This document shows, one piece after another, positions 50,726-63,968 of a stretch of DNA of 64,000 nt. Position numbers and translations under genes: made by a program. The notes beneath the pieces were generated by a model that saw nothing but the letters and a program-made list of their open reading frames with translations, was not told the DNA's origin and did no database searches. The stretch spans positions 1,140,800,001 to 1,140,864,000 of the forward strand of contig NW_027362761.1 in NCBI RefSeq assembly GCF_046119375.1, given 5' to 3'. How positions within the stretch are numbered: position 1 is the first letter of the stretch; every line of letters starts with the position of its first letter. This DNA is from Phyllobates terribilis. Taxonomy: Eukaryota.

Positions 50726-50855
50726 TTTATTCATTCTCTATGGGGCTGATGAAAAAAGCCATCAATTTCTAGTTAATTTTTTCAAATGAAAAGAAAAAAT
50801 GTACATTTTTCCCCTTCTGATCTGTGTCCTATGTTCCTTTGTGAATAAAATATGG

Positions 50856-50884
<29 letters not shown>

Positions 50885-50887
<3 letters not shown>

Positions 50888-52458
50888 TACAGGCCAAAAG
50901 TTTGGACACACCTTCCACTGAAGCATCAAAACTATGAATTAACACATGTGGAATTATATACTTAACAAAAAAGTGTGAAACAACTGAAAATATGTCTTAT
51001 ATTCTAGGTTCTTCAAAGTAGCCACCTTTTGCTTTGATGACTGCTTTGCACACTCTTGGCATTCTCTTGATGAGCTTCAAGAGGTAGTCACCGGAAATTG
51101 TTTTCACTTCACAGGTGTGCCCTGTCAGGTTTAATAAGTGGGATTTCTTGCCTTATAAATGGGGTTGGGACCATCAGTTGTGTTGTGCAGAAGTCTGGTG
51201 GATACACAGCTGATAGTCCTACTGAATACACTGTTAGCTGCTTTTTTCTTGCCATAATACATATTCTAAGTAAAGAAAAACGAGTGGCCATCATTACTTT
51301 AAGAAATGAAGGTCAGTCAGTGCGAAAAATTGGGCAAACTTTGAAAGTGTCCCCAAGTGCAGTTGCAAAAACCATCAAGCGCTACAAAGAAACTGGCTCA
51401 CATGTGGACCGCCCCAGGAAAGGAAGACCAAGAGTCACCTCTGCTTCTGAGGATAAGTTTATCCGAGTCACCAGCCTCAGAAATCGCAGGTTAACAGCAA
51501 CTCAGATTAGAGACCAGGTCAATGCCACACAGAGTTCTAGCAGCAGACACATCTCTACAACAACTGTTAAGAGGAGACTTTGTGCAGCAGGCCTTCATGG
51601 TAAAATAGCTGCTAGGAAACCACTGCTAAGGACAGGCAACAAGCAGAAGAGACTTGTTTGGGCTAAAGAACACAAGGAATGGACATTAGACCAGTGGAAA
51701 TCTGTGCTTTGGTCTGATGAGTCCAAATTTGAGATCTTTGTTTCCAACCACCGTGTCTTTGTGCGACGCAGAAAAGGTGAACGGATGGACTCTACATGCC
51801 TGGTTCCTACCATGAAGCATGGAGGAGGAGGTGTGATGGTGCGGGGGTGCTTTGCTGGTGACACTGTTGGGGATTTATTCAAAATTGAAGGCATACTGAA
51901 CCAGCATGACTACCACAGCATCTTGCAGCGGCATGCTATTCCATCCGGTTTGCGTTTAGTTGGACCATCATTTATTTTTCAACAGGACAGTGACCCCAAA
52001 CACACCTCCAGGCTGTGTAAGGGCTATCTGACCAAGGAGGAGAGTGATGGGGTGCTACGCCAGATGACCTGGCCTCCACAGTCACCAGACCTGAACCCAA
52101 TCGAGATGGTTTGGGGTGAGCTGGACCGCAGTGAAGGCAAAAGGGCCAACTAGTGCTAAGCATCTCTGGGAACTCCTTCAAGATTGTTGGAAGACCATTT
52201 CCAGTGACTACCTCTTGAAGCTCATCAAAAGAATGCCAAGAGTGTGCAAAGCAGTCATCAAAGCAAAAGGTGGCTACTTTGAAGAACCTAGAATATAAGA
52301 CATATTTTCAGTTGTTTCACACTTTTTTGTTAAGTATATAATTCCACATGTGTTAATTCATAGTTTTGATGCCTTCAGTGTGAATGTACAATTTTCATAG
52401 TCAAGAAAACACAGAAAAATCTTTAAATGAGGTGTGTCCAAACTTTTGGTCTGTACTG
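50885..52458 (+). mobile_element. Full-length Tc1-like element with DD38E spacing (Intruder-type), inactive
   Basis: TIRs CAGTACAGGCCAAAAGTTTGGACAC / GTGTCCAAACTTTTGGTCTGTACTG; TA flanks; SDESK, QQDSDPKH, NPIE with 38 residues D to E; start codon inverted; frameshift near 52130. Confidence 0.93.
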
Positions 52459-52466
52459 TATATATA

Positions 52467-54041
52467 CAAACTGCTCAAAAAAATAAAGGGAACACTTAAA
52501 CAACAGAATATAACTCCAAGTAAATCAAACTTCTGTGAAATCAAACTGTCCACTTAGGAAGCAACACTGATTGACAATCAATTTCACATGATTTTGTGCA
52601 AATGGAATAGACAATAGATGGAAATTATTGGCAATTATCAAGACACACTCAATAAAGGAGTGGTTCTGCAGGTGGGGACCACAGACCACATCTCAGTACC
52701 AATGCTTTCTGGCTGATGTTTTGGTCACTTTTGAATGTTGGTTGTACTTTCACACTCGTGGTAGCATGAGACGGACTCTACAACCCACAGAAGTTGCTCA
52801 GGTAGTGCAGCTCATCCAGGATGGCACATCTATGCGAGCTGTGGAAAGAAGGTTTGCTGTGTCTGTCAGCGTAGTGTCCAGAGGCTGGAGGCGCTACCAG
52901 GAGACAGGCCAGTACACCAGGAGATGTGGAGGGGGGCCATAGGAGGGCAACAACCCAGCAGCAGGACCGCTACCTCCGCCTTTGTGCAAGGAGGAACAGG
53001 AGGAGCACTGCCAGAGCCCTTCAAAATGACCTCCGGCAGGCCACAAATGTGCATGTGTCTGTACAAATGGTTAGAAACCGACTCCATGAGGGTGGTATGA
53101 GGGCCCGACGTCCACAGATGGGGGTTGTGCACACAGCCCAACACCGTGCAGGACGCTTGGCATTTGCCACAGAACACCAGGATTGGCAAAGTCGCCACTG
53201 GCGCCCTGTGCTCTTCACAGATGAAAGCAGGTTCACACTGAGCACATGTGACAGACGTGACAGAGTCTGGAGATGCCGTGAAGAGCGATCTGCTGCCTGT
53301 AACATCCTTCAGCATGACTGGTTTGGCAGTGGGTCAGTAATGGTGTGGGGTGGCATTTCTTTGGAGGGCCGCACAGCTCTCCATGTGCTCGCCAGAGGTA
53401 GACTGACTGCCATTAGGTACCGAGATGAGATCCTCATACCCCTTGTGAGACCATATGCTGGTGTGGTTGGCCCTGGGTTCCTCCTAATGTAGGACAATGC
53501 CAGGCCTCATGTGGCTGGAGCGTGTCAGCAGTTCCTGCAAGATGAAGGCATTGAAGCTATGGACTGACCCGCCCGTTCCCCAGACCTGAATCTGATTGAG
53601 CACATCTGGGACATCATGACTCGCTCCATCCACCAACGTCACGTTGCACCACAGACTGTCCAGGAGTTGGCGGATGCTTTAGGCCAGGTCTGGGAGGAGA
53701 TCCCATAGGAGACCATCCGCAACCTCATCAGGAGCATGCCCAGGCGTTGTAGGGAGGTCATACAGGCATGTGGAGGCCACACACAATACTGAGCCTCATT
53801 TTGACTTGTTTTAAGGACATTACATCAAAGTTGGATCAGCCTGTAGTGTGCTTTTCCACTTTAATTTTGGGGGTGACTCCAAATCCAGGCCTCCATTGGT
53901 TAATAAATTTGATTTCCATTGATGATTTTTGTGTGATTTTGTTGTCAGCACATTCAACTTTGTACAGAACAAAGTATTCAATGAGAATATTTCATTCATT
54001 CAGATCTAGGATGTGTTATTTGAGAGTTCCCTTTATTTTTT
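52467..54041 (+). mobile_element. Degenerate Tc1 (DD34E) adjacent to the DD38E element
   Basis: Left end CAAACTGCTCAAAAAAATAAAGGGAAC, right end GTTCCCTTTATTTTTT; [14 protein letters not shown] at 52766; [21 protein letters not shown] with stops. Confidence 0.9.
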
Positions 54042-56100
54042 ATATATATATACTGTATATTGTATTGTGTCTTAAAGTGGACGACCCAACCGGATTACCC
54101 TAAACCCACTGTATGCTTTCCTCCATGAGTGTCACAGCCCAAGGTCCGATAAAAGACAGAGAAGGACTTTCATACCTCCACACTGCAGAGTCCCAAGTCC
54201 GGATATCTTATCGATGCGATCAGGAAAGTCAGCAAATATTACCTTAGTAATGTGTTACAGCGCTGTGGTTACATAGGATCCGAGCTGGAGACGTCGCCTC
54301 CTCCATTATCTGCTGCTCGTAGTCTGCGGGGTCCGGATTAGTCTCCTCTTATTAGTAAGTGTGATGCTGCCTGTAGCTAAGGGTTGAAATGGCTTTAATA
54401 TTTCTAAGAATAGTGGAAACTAGTTATGGGGGTGATCCAGGACTCATTGAGCTTTTGGGGATGTCATTAAAAGGCTGTGTCCACTGATCGTATGGATAGA
54501 CAAAATATGGACAAGCAAAGACCCTCCCAAACCCCTATAGTAGCCGGGACAAGGCTCCATTCACAACCTCTGTTACATTTTAGGAACAGAGAGATGAAGT
54601 TCATGCCGGGGATTGACTTTAACGGGATCTGTTGGCTTTTCTATCATGGTGCTGTCATTTTATTGGGGGTGAATACATATTAAAGCATTTAAGAAGCTTC
54701 TTAGAGGAGGCCGTCTCTATCTGTCGGTCGGTGCCCCAGGGTGCGATCGTGGGCTTGACAAACACGCTGATGTGTGCCGGAAACATCGGGCTCGGATGTG
54801 GTGAACAGGCGACAGGAAAAGTTCTGGCTTCTTACATAACATGTAAATGGCCTCGTAGGAGAGGAAGAATTCTTGAACTCTAGTGTCACCTAATGGAAGC
54901 AGCGATTCTATAAATCATTATCGACCCTTTAACGAGCCTTGCCACATGACTTACGATAAAAGCCAAACCAGAATCTCAAGTTGCAGACAAATTTTTTGGT
55001 GTGTTGCCCCTCCTCAGTGCAAAGCAATAGATCTTATTTGGCTGTATGAGAGGCATCTGACTAGGATCTAAGGGGAAACTTCTCTCCTTGTGGAGAGTGA
55101 CATGCCGGTGTAAAGAGACTTATAGGCCATGTCATGCTCTTCTAACTTGGAAGAGAAGGAGAGAAATAGTAACTTGTATTATTACTGATCACTGCACTGT
55201 GCGATGTCACTCCGGCCACCTGGAGACCTGAGACTCCTTAGGGTGTTCCCATTTTCTAAAATGATGGTGTATCGCTAGGATGTGCCGTCACTCCATGGTC
55301 AATGTAGCCCGACTTCTGTATACCCGGTGATCCTGAAAAAAATGAATTTCAGCACTAATTTAGCTCTGCGCCCCCTTCACTTTATTTCTCTGCGCAGTGG
55401 TGCTCCTGCAGGGTAAACAGGACGCAGCACATAATCTCACGACTGATTGGGCCAGACGGGTCGGAAGCCCACCAATCGTAATATAAAGGCGTATGCTAGC
55501 AGAACTCAAATAGCAATGAATGGAGAGAGCTGGCACATGTGCGGCCATCTCTGCTTGTCGGATGTCAGCCGGAACAAATGATTAGGTGACCCCGGTACTG
55601 GACATAGATGAGGGTCCCACCTTTAGGACACGACCCCCTAAAACAATTATGGCATATTTTATGGATATGCCATAAATATTTGATGGGATCAGGTGAGACG
55701 GGTCTCTCCCTTTAACCGCACGGTCGTAATGAATCATGTGAATGTATACTTTGGCGGCTGAGACTATCCGGTTATCTTCACATTATAACCACATATTGTT
55801 TTTTAGGGGTGACATGAATGCGGGCTCCAAAGCTAGTTTTTATAGATTTGTATCTCCATGATTGAGGCGCCTGTCTCCCAAATAAATGAGCGGGCCACAG
55901 CTGGAATAGTATAAGATTTCAATAATCCAGAATTTCTGATATTCTAGCATCTGATTAGATTAAGGGAGTATTACTGCATTGTTCTTCTGATGTGGGATAC
56001 GGCCGGTGACGACAGACATGTTTGTTCGGCTTTTCTATCATATTACTCCATGGTATGATACATGGTTTTATCCAGCAGAATTAGTACGATTACTGCCAAG

Positions 56101-56247
56101 ATGACAGATGCCAATGAGGCCACCTCCCGGATTGAACTGCTGCCTGATTTACCCTATGGACCACTTGCTGAATACCGCAGGAAGGCGTCCTTCAGCTGGA
56201 AGGACATGGTGATATTTCTGGATGATGAAGACATTGTCGCTTTTAAG
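56101..56247 (+). CDS. ACOX3: ACOX3 first coding exon (MTDANEATSRIELLPDLPYGPLAEYRRKASFSWKDM...FK)
   Basis: Matches recalled human [23 protein letters not shown]; acceptor CAGCAG at 56073-56078; donor gtacga at 56248. Confidence 0.92.
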
Positions 56248-57218
56248 GTACGAGTACTATCGACCTCCAAGCTGCGGGGCTTCAGAGACACAGGCTGAGG
56301 AACCTTGTAAATTAATGTGTAATCAAGCCAACTCCTGTCCAGAACTGGTACGGCAGGTCCAGGATGAGACTGTATGTCTGCACTGAGTACACTAAAGAGG
56401 ACCTTGCTAGTATAACTTACTTGGCGCATTCTTGAGAAATCTACTCTTGAAGTCTTATTCTCAAGTGCAGCGGGGCAGGCACCTCACTCCTCTGTAATTT
56501 GCGGGTGGCCTCTGGTCATTGTCCAACAAGTCACCCTTCCCTCAGTGACCTGTCTTCTCTGTGCAGTTGCCGTCATTGCCCAGGTTTGTTTCATCAGAAG
56601 AGGCGGCACCGGCCCAATGAGCTCCTGTTGATATTGTAGTTGCTGCCGCAATGTCATTCAGGGCAATGATGGCTCCTGCTGGAAGAGAGACCTGTCAATC
56701 AACAACCGGTGGTGGGAAGAGCTGAGGAGCGAAGTGGACCACCCCAGTGCACTTGAGAATAAAACTTTAAGAATAGATTTCTCAAAAATACCCCAAATAA
56801 ATTCTACTAGCAAGGTATAAATGGAATAACAATAAAAGGGCTTTACGCTTTAATGTCCTCTTTTGTCAAGTTGTAAAAAAAAAAAAATGTAAAATTGAAT
56901 AATTGGATTTTTTTGGGAAATTTGTAAACCTGTCGTCCATTGCTCTAGGGTCCTACTTATAGAAATGTTATAAAGTTATGTCATATTGGTAGGATGGGCC
57001 TTTTTCTTGCTATCAGTGAATGGTCTCATCTGTGGGATCCTCACAACACTGAAAATAGAGAAGTTGCAGCTCTGTTTTAGTTCTGCGCCCCCTTCAGCGC
57101 AGCGTGGCGCCCACTACCAGGCCGTGGTGTCCCCAATATGCCATACCCATACTCAAAGCTCCAGTAGCAGAGATATAGAGAAATTTTGACAGCCTCTTCT
57201 TTTTTTTTTCCGTTTCAG

Positions 57219-57452
57219 AAAAAGATCTTCTCCACTCTAGAGAATGATCCGCTGTTCTACCGCCAACCCGGGGAGGATCTGCCCCTGGAGAAGTACAGAG
57301 AGCTGACGTTTCTACGATGCAAGAAGATATTTGAATACGACTTCCTGACTTTCGATGCCACCATGGAAAAGCCTCAGAAGCTACTAATCCTTATTAACTG
57401 CCTGGGCATGTATGACTGGTCCCTGGCTGCTAAATATTTCCTGAACACGCAG
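57219..57452 (+). CDS. ACOX3: ACOX3 coding exon 2 ([13 protein letters not shown]...[18 protein letters not shown])
   Basis: 234 nt, tttcag / gttagt; conserved LENDPLF, FLRCK, CLGMYD. Confidence 0.95.
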
Positions 57453-58992
57453 GTTAGTCCAAAGACTTCTCCACTAAATGATGAGAGGTGAGAAAAGAGC
57501 AAATCTCGGGAGTGACAAAACCTGGGAGTCTGAACTGAAACGTAAATTGATGTGCATGCAAAATGTAAATGCATGTTCACATAAGGCCATTAGACAGAAA
57601 AAAAACAAAGACAAAAGCGAAATACACAAATAACTAAAAGTAAATGGATAAATCGCACAGTGCATAAAAATAATGATAAATAATAAAAGGTATTTAGTTA
57701 ACACAAATTTTGATTGTAGTCTAATGTGCAGTAGTGCATATAAGGGTGTGGCCGCCCTTTGCCTGAGCTGAAAGGTTCATTCTGCCTCTCAGGTCCATGC
57801 TTCTACTAAGGGTTCAGTCTCTCTGCCCTCATCCATATGTATGTCACTTGACAAATGGTAAGGTTTTAATATTAGAGTTAGGACTGTCCCATAAGGGTTG
57901 CCGTGACGTGGCGGGATGGCTTTTACATTATTTTGATCAAAATTTATGTTAACTGTGCGATTTATCCAAATCTAGGGAGTGAGTCTAGTTATGGACAGTG
58001 TGAGGCCAACGTACACACTTTGACACTTTTCACTCCCTCCTCAGTCCTAAAGTGAAGGTCTTGACCACCACTCTCGATGGTGACGATCTGGCCACCTATT
58101 TAACCCCTTTCTGATGTGAGACGTATCTATATATCCCCGTGGCCTGGGCCTTAACAACCAGGTACTTATAGATACGCACAGCCTCTGTGACAGCCGACAC
58201 CCGGCACTCAGTACCAGGAGCGGTGCCTGCACCGCTCCCAGCACTTTAACCCCTTATATGGTGCACTTCATGTAGCCTTGCGGCTGAGCGTTACCAGGGT
58301 GGCTCAGGTCTCACATATTGAAGTGGTTTTCTGGCTTTAGGGTACATGTCTGCAGTCACGTTTGCTTGCTGTGAAGATTCTCCAGGCGCCTGACCGCAAG
58401 TATGTGATTTGCATACATGCAGTCACATGCCAACTAGACTTGCTTAGCCTGGATACGTCTAGTCGGAATGTGGCCGGAAGTATGCAAATCGCATAAAAAG
58501 CGGTTACACTCGCGCTGTGAGGATTCACATACAGTGACTACAGACTTGTACCCTAATGCTTGACAACCCTTTTAACGATCTATCTGTAGCATAAGATTGG
58601 TGGGGTTCTGATACCCATCACCCCCAACAATCAGCTGTTATCAGCTCCGGTGGCAGCCGGATGTAAACATTGTACAGCTCTATTATGTTCTAACCGTCAA
58701 GTCATCGCCTCTCTCCTGCACAAATGAAGAAGAAATCAGTCTGGACAGTAGAAGGTATTTGAGTTTGGGAACATGAAGCAATTCAGCAAAGATAGAATCC
58801 AACTCCTACACTAATGTATTTAGAAGGGTCGGTCCCTGATGCCGTATTGGTACGAGTGCACCTGATGCCTATATATACGGGCTGTGCCAGGAACACGGCC
58901 ATAACGTTCCTCGTGTATCGGAGGCTGTTGCGTGTATATATAACTATGCAGCTCTGCTCCTATCGCCACATAAATGTTTTTCCATTTCCCAG

Positions 58993-59067
58993 GTCTTCGC
59001 CGGCGCCGTGGGAAATGCGGGCTCAGAGAGGCACGAGACGTTTCTAAATCAGACGCGAAGCATGGAG
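58993..59067 (+). CDS. ACOX3: ACOX3 coding exon 3 (VFAGAVGNAGSERHETFLNQTRSME)
   Basis: 75 nt, ttcccag / gtaggt; not in ORF track; aligns with human VFGSAVYSSGSERH...ME. Confidence 0.9.
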
Positions 59068-59833
59068 GTAGGTCCATGATGTATGTCCTCGTCACAGGAA
59101 ATATCTCACATCCGCTTCTATTAATAATGGACCTCACTATCTAATGTCCCCATCACACATCAGGACCAGATTCATAGAAAGAGGCTGTACCGAGCTCCTC
59201 TTACTGTAAGAGGCCGAACGGATCGCGATTATTATACCTTTACTTTATTGGGTTCCATGGAATTCAAGAAACATCACAGAAAAAGACTCCCGAATTTACC
59301 AACACCGGGTCCCAATATTAATGCACTGCAGTCCAGTATTACACATGCACAGGGATGAGGCACGTACCGCCGGGGTGCTCCGCAGATCACAGATGATCAC
59401 TAAGGTTTCCCAACAGCAAAACAACCTGTGATCATCATCTTAAATCAGATCCGTCACCAAATTTCACAATACATTGTTCAAAAGATTTCTTCGATCTGAT
59501 GAGGCTGGTGAACTTATTTTGAAAATTAATGACAGTCCTTTGGGAAAGTTTTCCCTGTTCACTGCGTGGTCCGGATGGGCATTTGTTCGCCACACCTCAT
59601 TGTCACAGACTTCTACATGTCCTCTTGGATGGAGCAGGAAGGGCAGAGACCAGAGAAGGGGAGGGGGGGTGGTCCCGGGAAGCGTTGCATCAAGAGTAGC
59701 AGAAGACTAAAGTAATTTAAGTTTTTTTTCTTATAAAAAAAAAAAAAACGTTTTAAGTGGCCGGACAATCCCTTTAAATTTTGGGGGCCTCGGTTGGTGT
59801 TATGTGCGCTGTTACAATGTTTTCTTCCTGCAG

Positions 59834-59923
59834 ATTTTCGGCTGCTTTGCACTCACAGAACTAAGTCACGGCAGTAATACAAAGGCGGTTCGGACAACTG
59901 CGACCTTCGATGCTTCCACCAAG
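59834..59923 (+). CDS. ACOX3: ACOX3 coding exon 4 ([30 protein letters not shown])
   Basis: 90 nt, ctgcag / gtaaga; acyl-CoA oxidase motif [13 protein letters not shown]. Confidence 0.96.
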
Positions 59924-59978
59924 GTAAGAAGAGAGCGGACGGCATCCGATTACTGCAGTTCTGTTGTATGTAATATAA

Positions 59979-60331
59979 AGAGGTTGCCCACTACTTTTTT
60001 TAGGTTAGGTCATCAATGTCTGATCGCCCGGGGTCCGACACCTGGCACCCCCTCCAATCCAGCCGCCTGCCAAAATTGCTTGATTGCAAAGGTGCTCCGT
60101 CTTCTGATTGATCTTATTGATTTGAATAGGAGGCAGATGTGCAGTATCTGCCGCGGCCACTATCAGAAGATGGGTCAGCTTCTCCATCGCGCAGCTTTGG
60201 CCAGTGGCAGTCGCCATCTGCACCAGTAACAGCTGATCGGCCAGGTTTCCAGGTATCTGACTCTGACCGATCATACATTGATGACCTATCCTAAGGATAG
60301 ATTAGCAATGATAAAGTAGTGGACAACCTCT
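59979..60331. mobile_element. T2/Kolobok-type MITE
   Basis: TIR AGAGGTTGCCCACTAC / GTAGTGGACAACCTCT with degenerate TTAA flanks. Confidence 0.7.
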
Positions 60332-61899
60332 TTAGGAAAACTCTGTCTCTTTCTCCGTTAAAACCTAAGATTTCCGGTGTCTGATATTTACACTGTAGGA
60401 AACAGTTTTATGTGTGTTCATTCCTCGCTAGGATGTCGAAATGAACCCAGTTAGTTTCAGACTCAACTGATAAAATATGGTAACATAGGCCAACTAACCC
60501 TTGCTCGTACCCTTCCTATCATAGGATGCACCGGTACATACAGTGTCAAGTCACCTTCTTTGATACAGGCTCAGGAGTTGAGTCTGCGCCATTCCCGGCA
60601 GATGATGGATTTGTTACATAGCCATCATCTGCCTTGAATTGTAGCAAGTGCAGCTGAACTCTGCTTTCTGCTGTTAACCACTTACATGCTGCTGTGAGTC
60701 TCTGACAGAGGCATTTAAAACAGGCGGTTGGGGGCCACGCGATGACGGTATTACGGTGTACCGATTGTTTTCCATAATAATCTGAAGGCCGCCATGCCTA
60801 CCATTATAGTGCTCTTGTTAAGACGAGTCTGCGCCTGGCGTTCATAAGAGACTATGATTTTTTAAAATATATAGTAAACTGTGGTATAGCAGTATATAGT
60901 ATAAGCGATCGGAGGATTGCAGGTTCAGGTCCCTTAAGGGGACTAAAATATACAACAAAAAAATAAAGAAATGTTTTTAAGAATTTGAATCACCCCTCTT
61001 CCCACCGCCCCCCAATAAAAATAAAGAAATTTATAGTAAAATTTAAAAGAAGTAAACTTCTTTGGTATTGCTGTGTCCATAACAGTCTGATCTGTCAAAA
61101 TGTTAAATTATTAAACTTGATCAGTAAATCAGTTAAAAAAAAAAAAAAAAAGCGCCAGAATTGCAGTTTTTCGGTTGCTGCAAAAAACAAAACAGATAAG
61201 CAATCAAATGATCGTATCTACCCCAAAGTGCTATCGTAAAAAAAGAATCTTGCCACACAAAAGAACAAGCCCCCACCTAGCTTTATCTACGGAGAGATGA
61301 AAGCTATTCAGGCATCAAAAAATTGGCGACACAAACTTTTTTTTTTTTTTTCCATGAATTTCTCCATTTTCTTTCACCATTTAAAAAAGAAAAAATTAAA
61401 ACTACACACGTTTGTTATCTTCATAATCGTACTGACCTGGAGAATCAGGTTGTTGGGTCATTTTTTGCTGCACAATGAATGTTGTATAAAAAAGGTAAAA
61501 TTAAACCATTGCGGAATTGCTTTTTTTTGCACACTTTTTTTTTTTCCTGTTTTCCAAAACTACATCTCATCCCACAAATAACAAGCCTTCATATGGCTAT
61601 GTCAATGGAAAAAATATACAAGTTACAGCTCTTGGACGACGGAAAGGGAAAAAAAAGCAAAGGCTCAGATATGGAAAGGTCACCAGGTCAGAAAGGGATT
61701 AAACTGTCTCAGTACTTTTGACACAAGTTGACCTCATTTTATGGATAAGATGATGAATAAATAATCTGCAAATCACTTTATTTATAAATTACATTGTCTT
61801 ACCCCAAAAATGTCACGGTAGAGTACCGGCCGCTGGGTGTCTCCTTTCTGTGTAACTTGCAGTCCGCTGCCTGTTGTCAGGTGTCATCCTTCTCCAGCA

Positions 61900-62460
61900 G
61901 CAGAGACACCGGGAAGGATCACACGACTTAAGGTAGCGCTCACCGTTTCTTCTCCATAAAATCGTTCTTCCAGATGTCCAAAACAGTTTAAAGGAGGCTT
62001 CATCAGAGAAAAGAGCTTTATCCAATTTTGCAGTCCAATTCTTATACTTTCTGCAAAATTATTTTCTGTGATGAAGCCCCCTTCAGACTTTTTAGGACAT
62101 CTGGAAGAATGATTGTCTGGAGAAGAAAAGGTGAGCACTACGATGAGTTCTGGGTTTGCCAACAGTAAAGCCTCCTGAGACCATTCATGTGTGGGGGCTT
62201 TTCATCCATGGAGGGGGTTTTCTTCACAATTTTGCCATGAATAGAGAATGGGATCTAAACGTCCTCCAAGAACAACTTCGCCCAACGATCCAGGAGCAAT
62301 TTAGTGATGTTCCCAGCATGATGGAGACCATATCACAAGCTAAAAGCGATAACTAAGTGGCTCAATGAGCAAAACATTGACATTTTGGGTCCATGGTCAG
62401 GAAACTCCCCAGATCATAATCCCGTTGAGAACCTGTTGTCAATCCTCAAAAAGCTGGCAT
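61900..62460. mobile_element. Two divergently oriented Tc1 transposase fragments
   Basis: FSDEAS/FCDEAP...TSG...WRR.GE on both strands around 62037; plus arm continues to ETIHVWG and a WP.NSP-like motif. Confidence 0.7.
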
Positions 62461-63652
62461 CACGCCAGGTGTGGTAAAGACTTAGTGCAACACAGAGGGA
62501 AAGGGAGCCCAGACACTAGGGAATGGGGGGAGTGGAGACCTCCTAGTCTGGTCTAGTGACACCCTGTCTCAACTACTGTCTCTATATTCGCTCTTCAGCA
62601 ATAGCCGCACGCATGCCTCGCCCTGACTTTCCCTGGCGTATGGCTGAGGCTAGGGAAGGAAGGAGATGAGCACTAGTCGATCTCCACTAAACACTATAGA
62701 CAACAAGGGTAGACAAACAGGGGGAAATTGCTTAGCTTTAGACGACTCCAAACAAATATGCACACGTCCTCAAGCTCCTGAGAGGACGGAGTACTGCTCT
62801 TGCTAAAGTCTCACAAGTAGAAATTAATATCGCTGGCACCTCCCTCTCAGACACACCAGGTATTTATACACCCAGGCCAGGGTGCTAATTAGCCAGAGGG
62901 AGGTAGCCGCTGGGTCCTAGAGACCCTAAGAAGATGTCTGTAATACCAAACGTAGAGATCTCCTGCAACCAACTGCAGGCGACTGTCTGTCACCTCTGAC
63001 ACACCCGAGACAGCGGGAGGACAAACAAAAACACAGGCATTGTGAAGAATTCCAAGCACTGATTAGAATGGGCGGTCATCAGTTAGTTTTTTTTTTATGT
63101 TTTTTTCATTGATCTTTTTAATAAATGTTATTTTTATATATTGAAGATTATTTTTATTCGGTGCTGGATTCACAACCCCTTCTCCCCAATCCCCTATCTT
63201 GCCTATGTAACTATTGAGTCTTTACATAAACTTGATGTATTTGTCAATAAAAGTTTAAAAGATTCTGAAATGCCGGTAATTGTACTGCAGTAACCGTAGA
63301 AACATCCGTCAAAAAGATCAAAAAACACCGAAGCGGAAAATATGTGAAAACCAAAATTTATGTCAGTCTGAAGCCTTTTGGGTCAATCGTGTTACACTTC
63401 TCTAAAATAAAAACTGCTGGAGTATACAACAGCTTCAGGCTTATGCGACAGGCACCGTGCTGAGCAGACAGCAGATGGCGCTGTGTTCAGTGTTACAGCT
63501 CAGTCTTTTCTATACTGTAGACTGTACTGTATGACCTCTGTCATTGTGTGCACTTCTCTTCCTATGACGATGATTGATCGATGATTCTGTTCTGCTCCTG
63601 AGCGCCGGTGTAGGCTATAGTCATTTTAATGGGATTGTACGTTTATTTCCAG

Positions 63653-63796
63653 GAATTCATCCTCAACTCTCCAGACTTCGAGGCCGCAAAATTCTGGGTG
63701 GGTAACATGGGAAAAAACGCCACCCACGCCGTTGTGTACGCCCAGCTGTACTCTACGGACGGACGGTGTCACGGACTGCACTCCTTCGTGGTACAG
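63653..63796 (+). CDS. ACOX3: ACOX3 coding exon 5 ([32 protein letters not shown]...HGLHSFVVQ); gene continues beyond the window
   Basis: 144 nt, ttccag / gtaaga; conserved [11 protein letters not shown] and HGLH. Confidence 0.96.
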
Positions 63797-63968
63797 GTAA
63801 GAAAGGTTTAGTATGGACAGGTGAGCTAGAAATCATGAAAAGATGACAAATAAAGCAAAGCATAAAAATAGTATTGATTTGCTTTAATTTAGTATATGGT
63901 AAGTTACACATATACATCGCTTCCTAGTTATTCCTTCAATTGAAAATGTAACATTTTGACATATAAAA

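Noticed and set aside
62470-63050. Possible second solo LTR
   Set aside because: LTR-like texture, but no TG...CA termini or TSD could be fixed.
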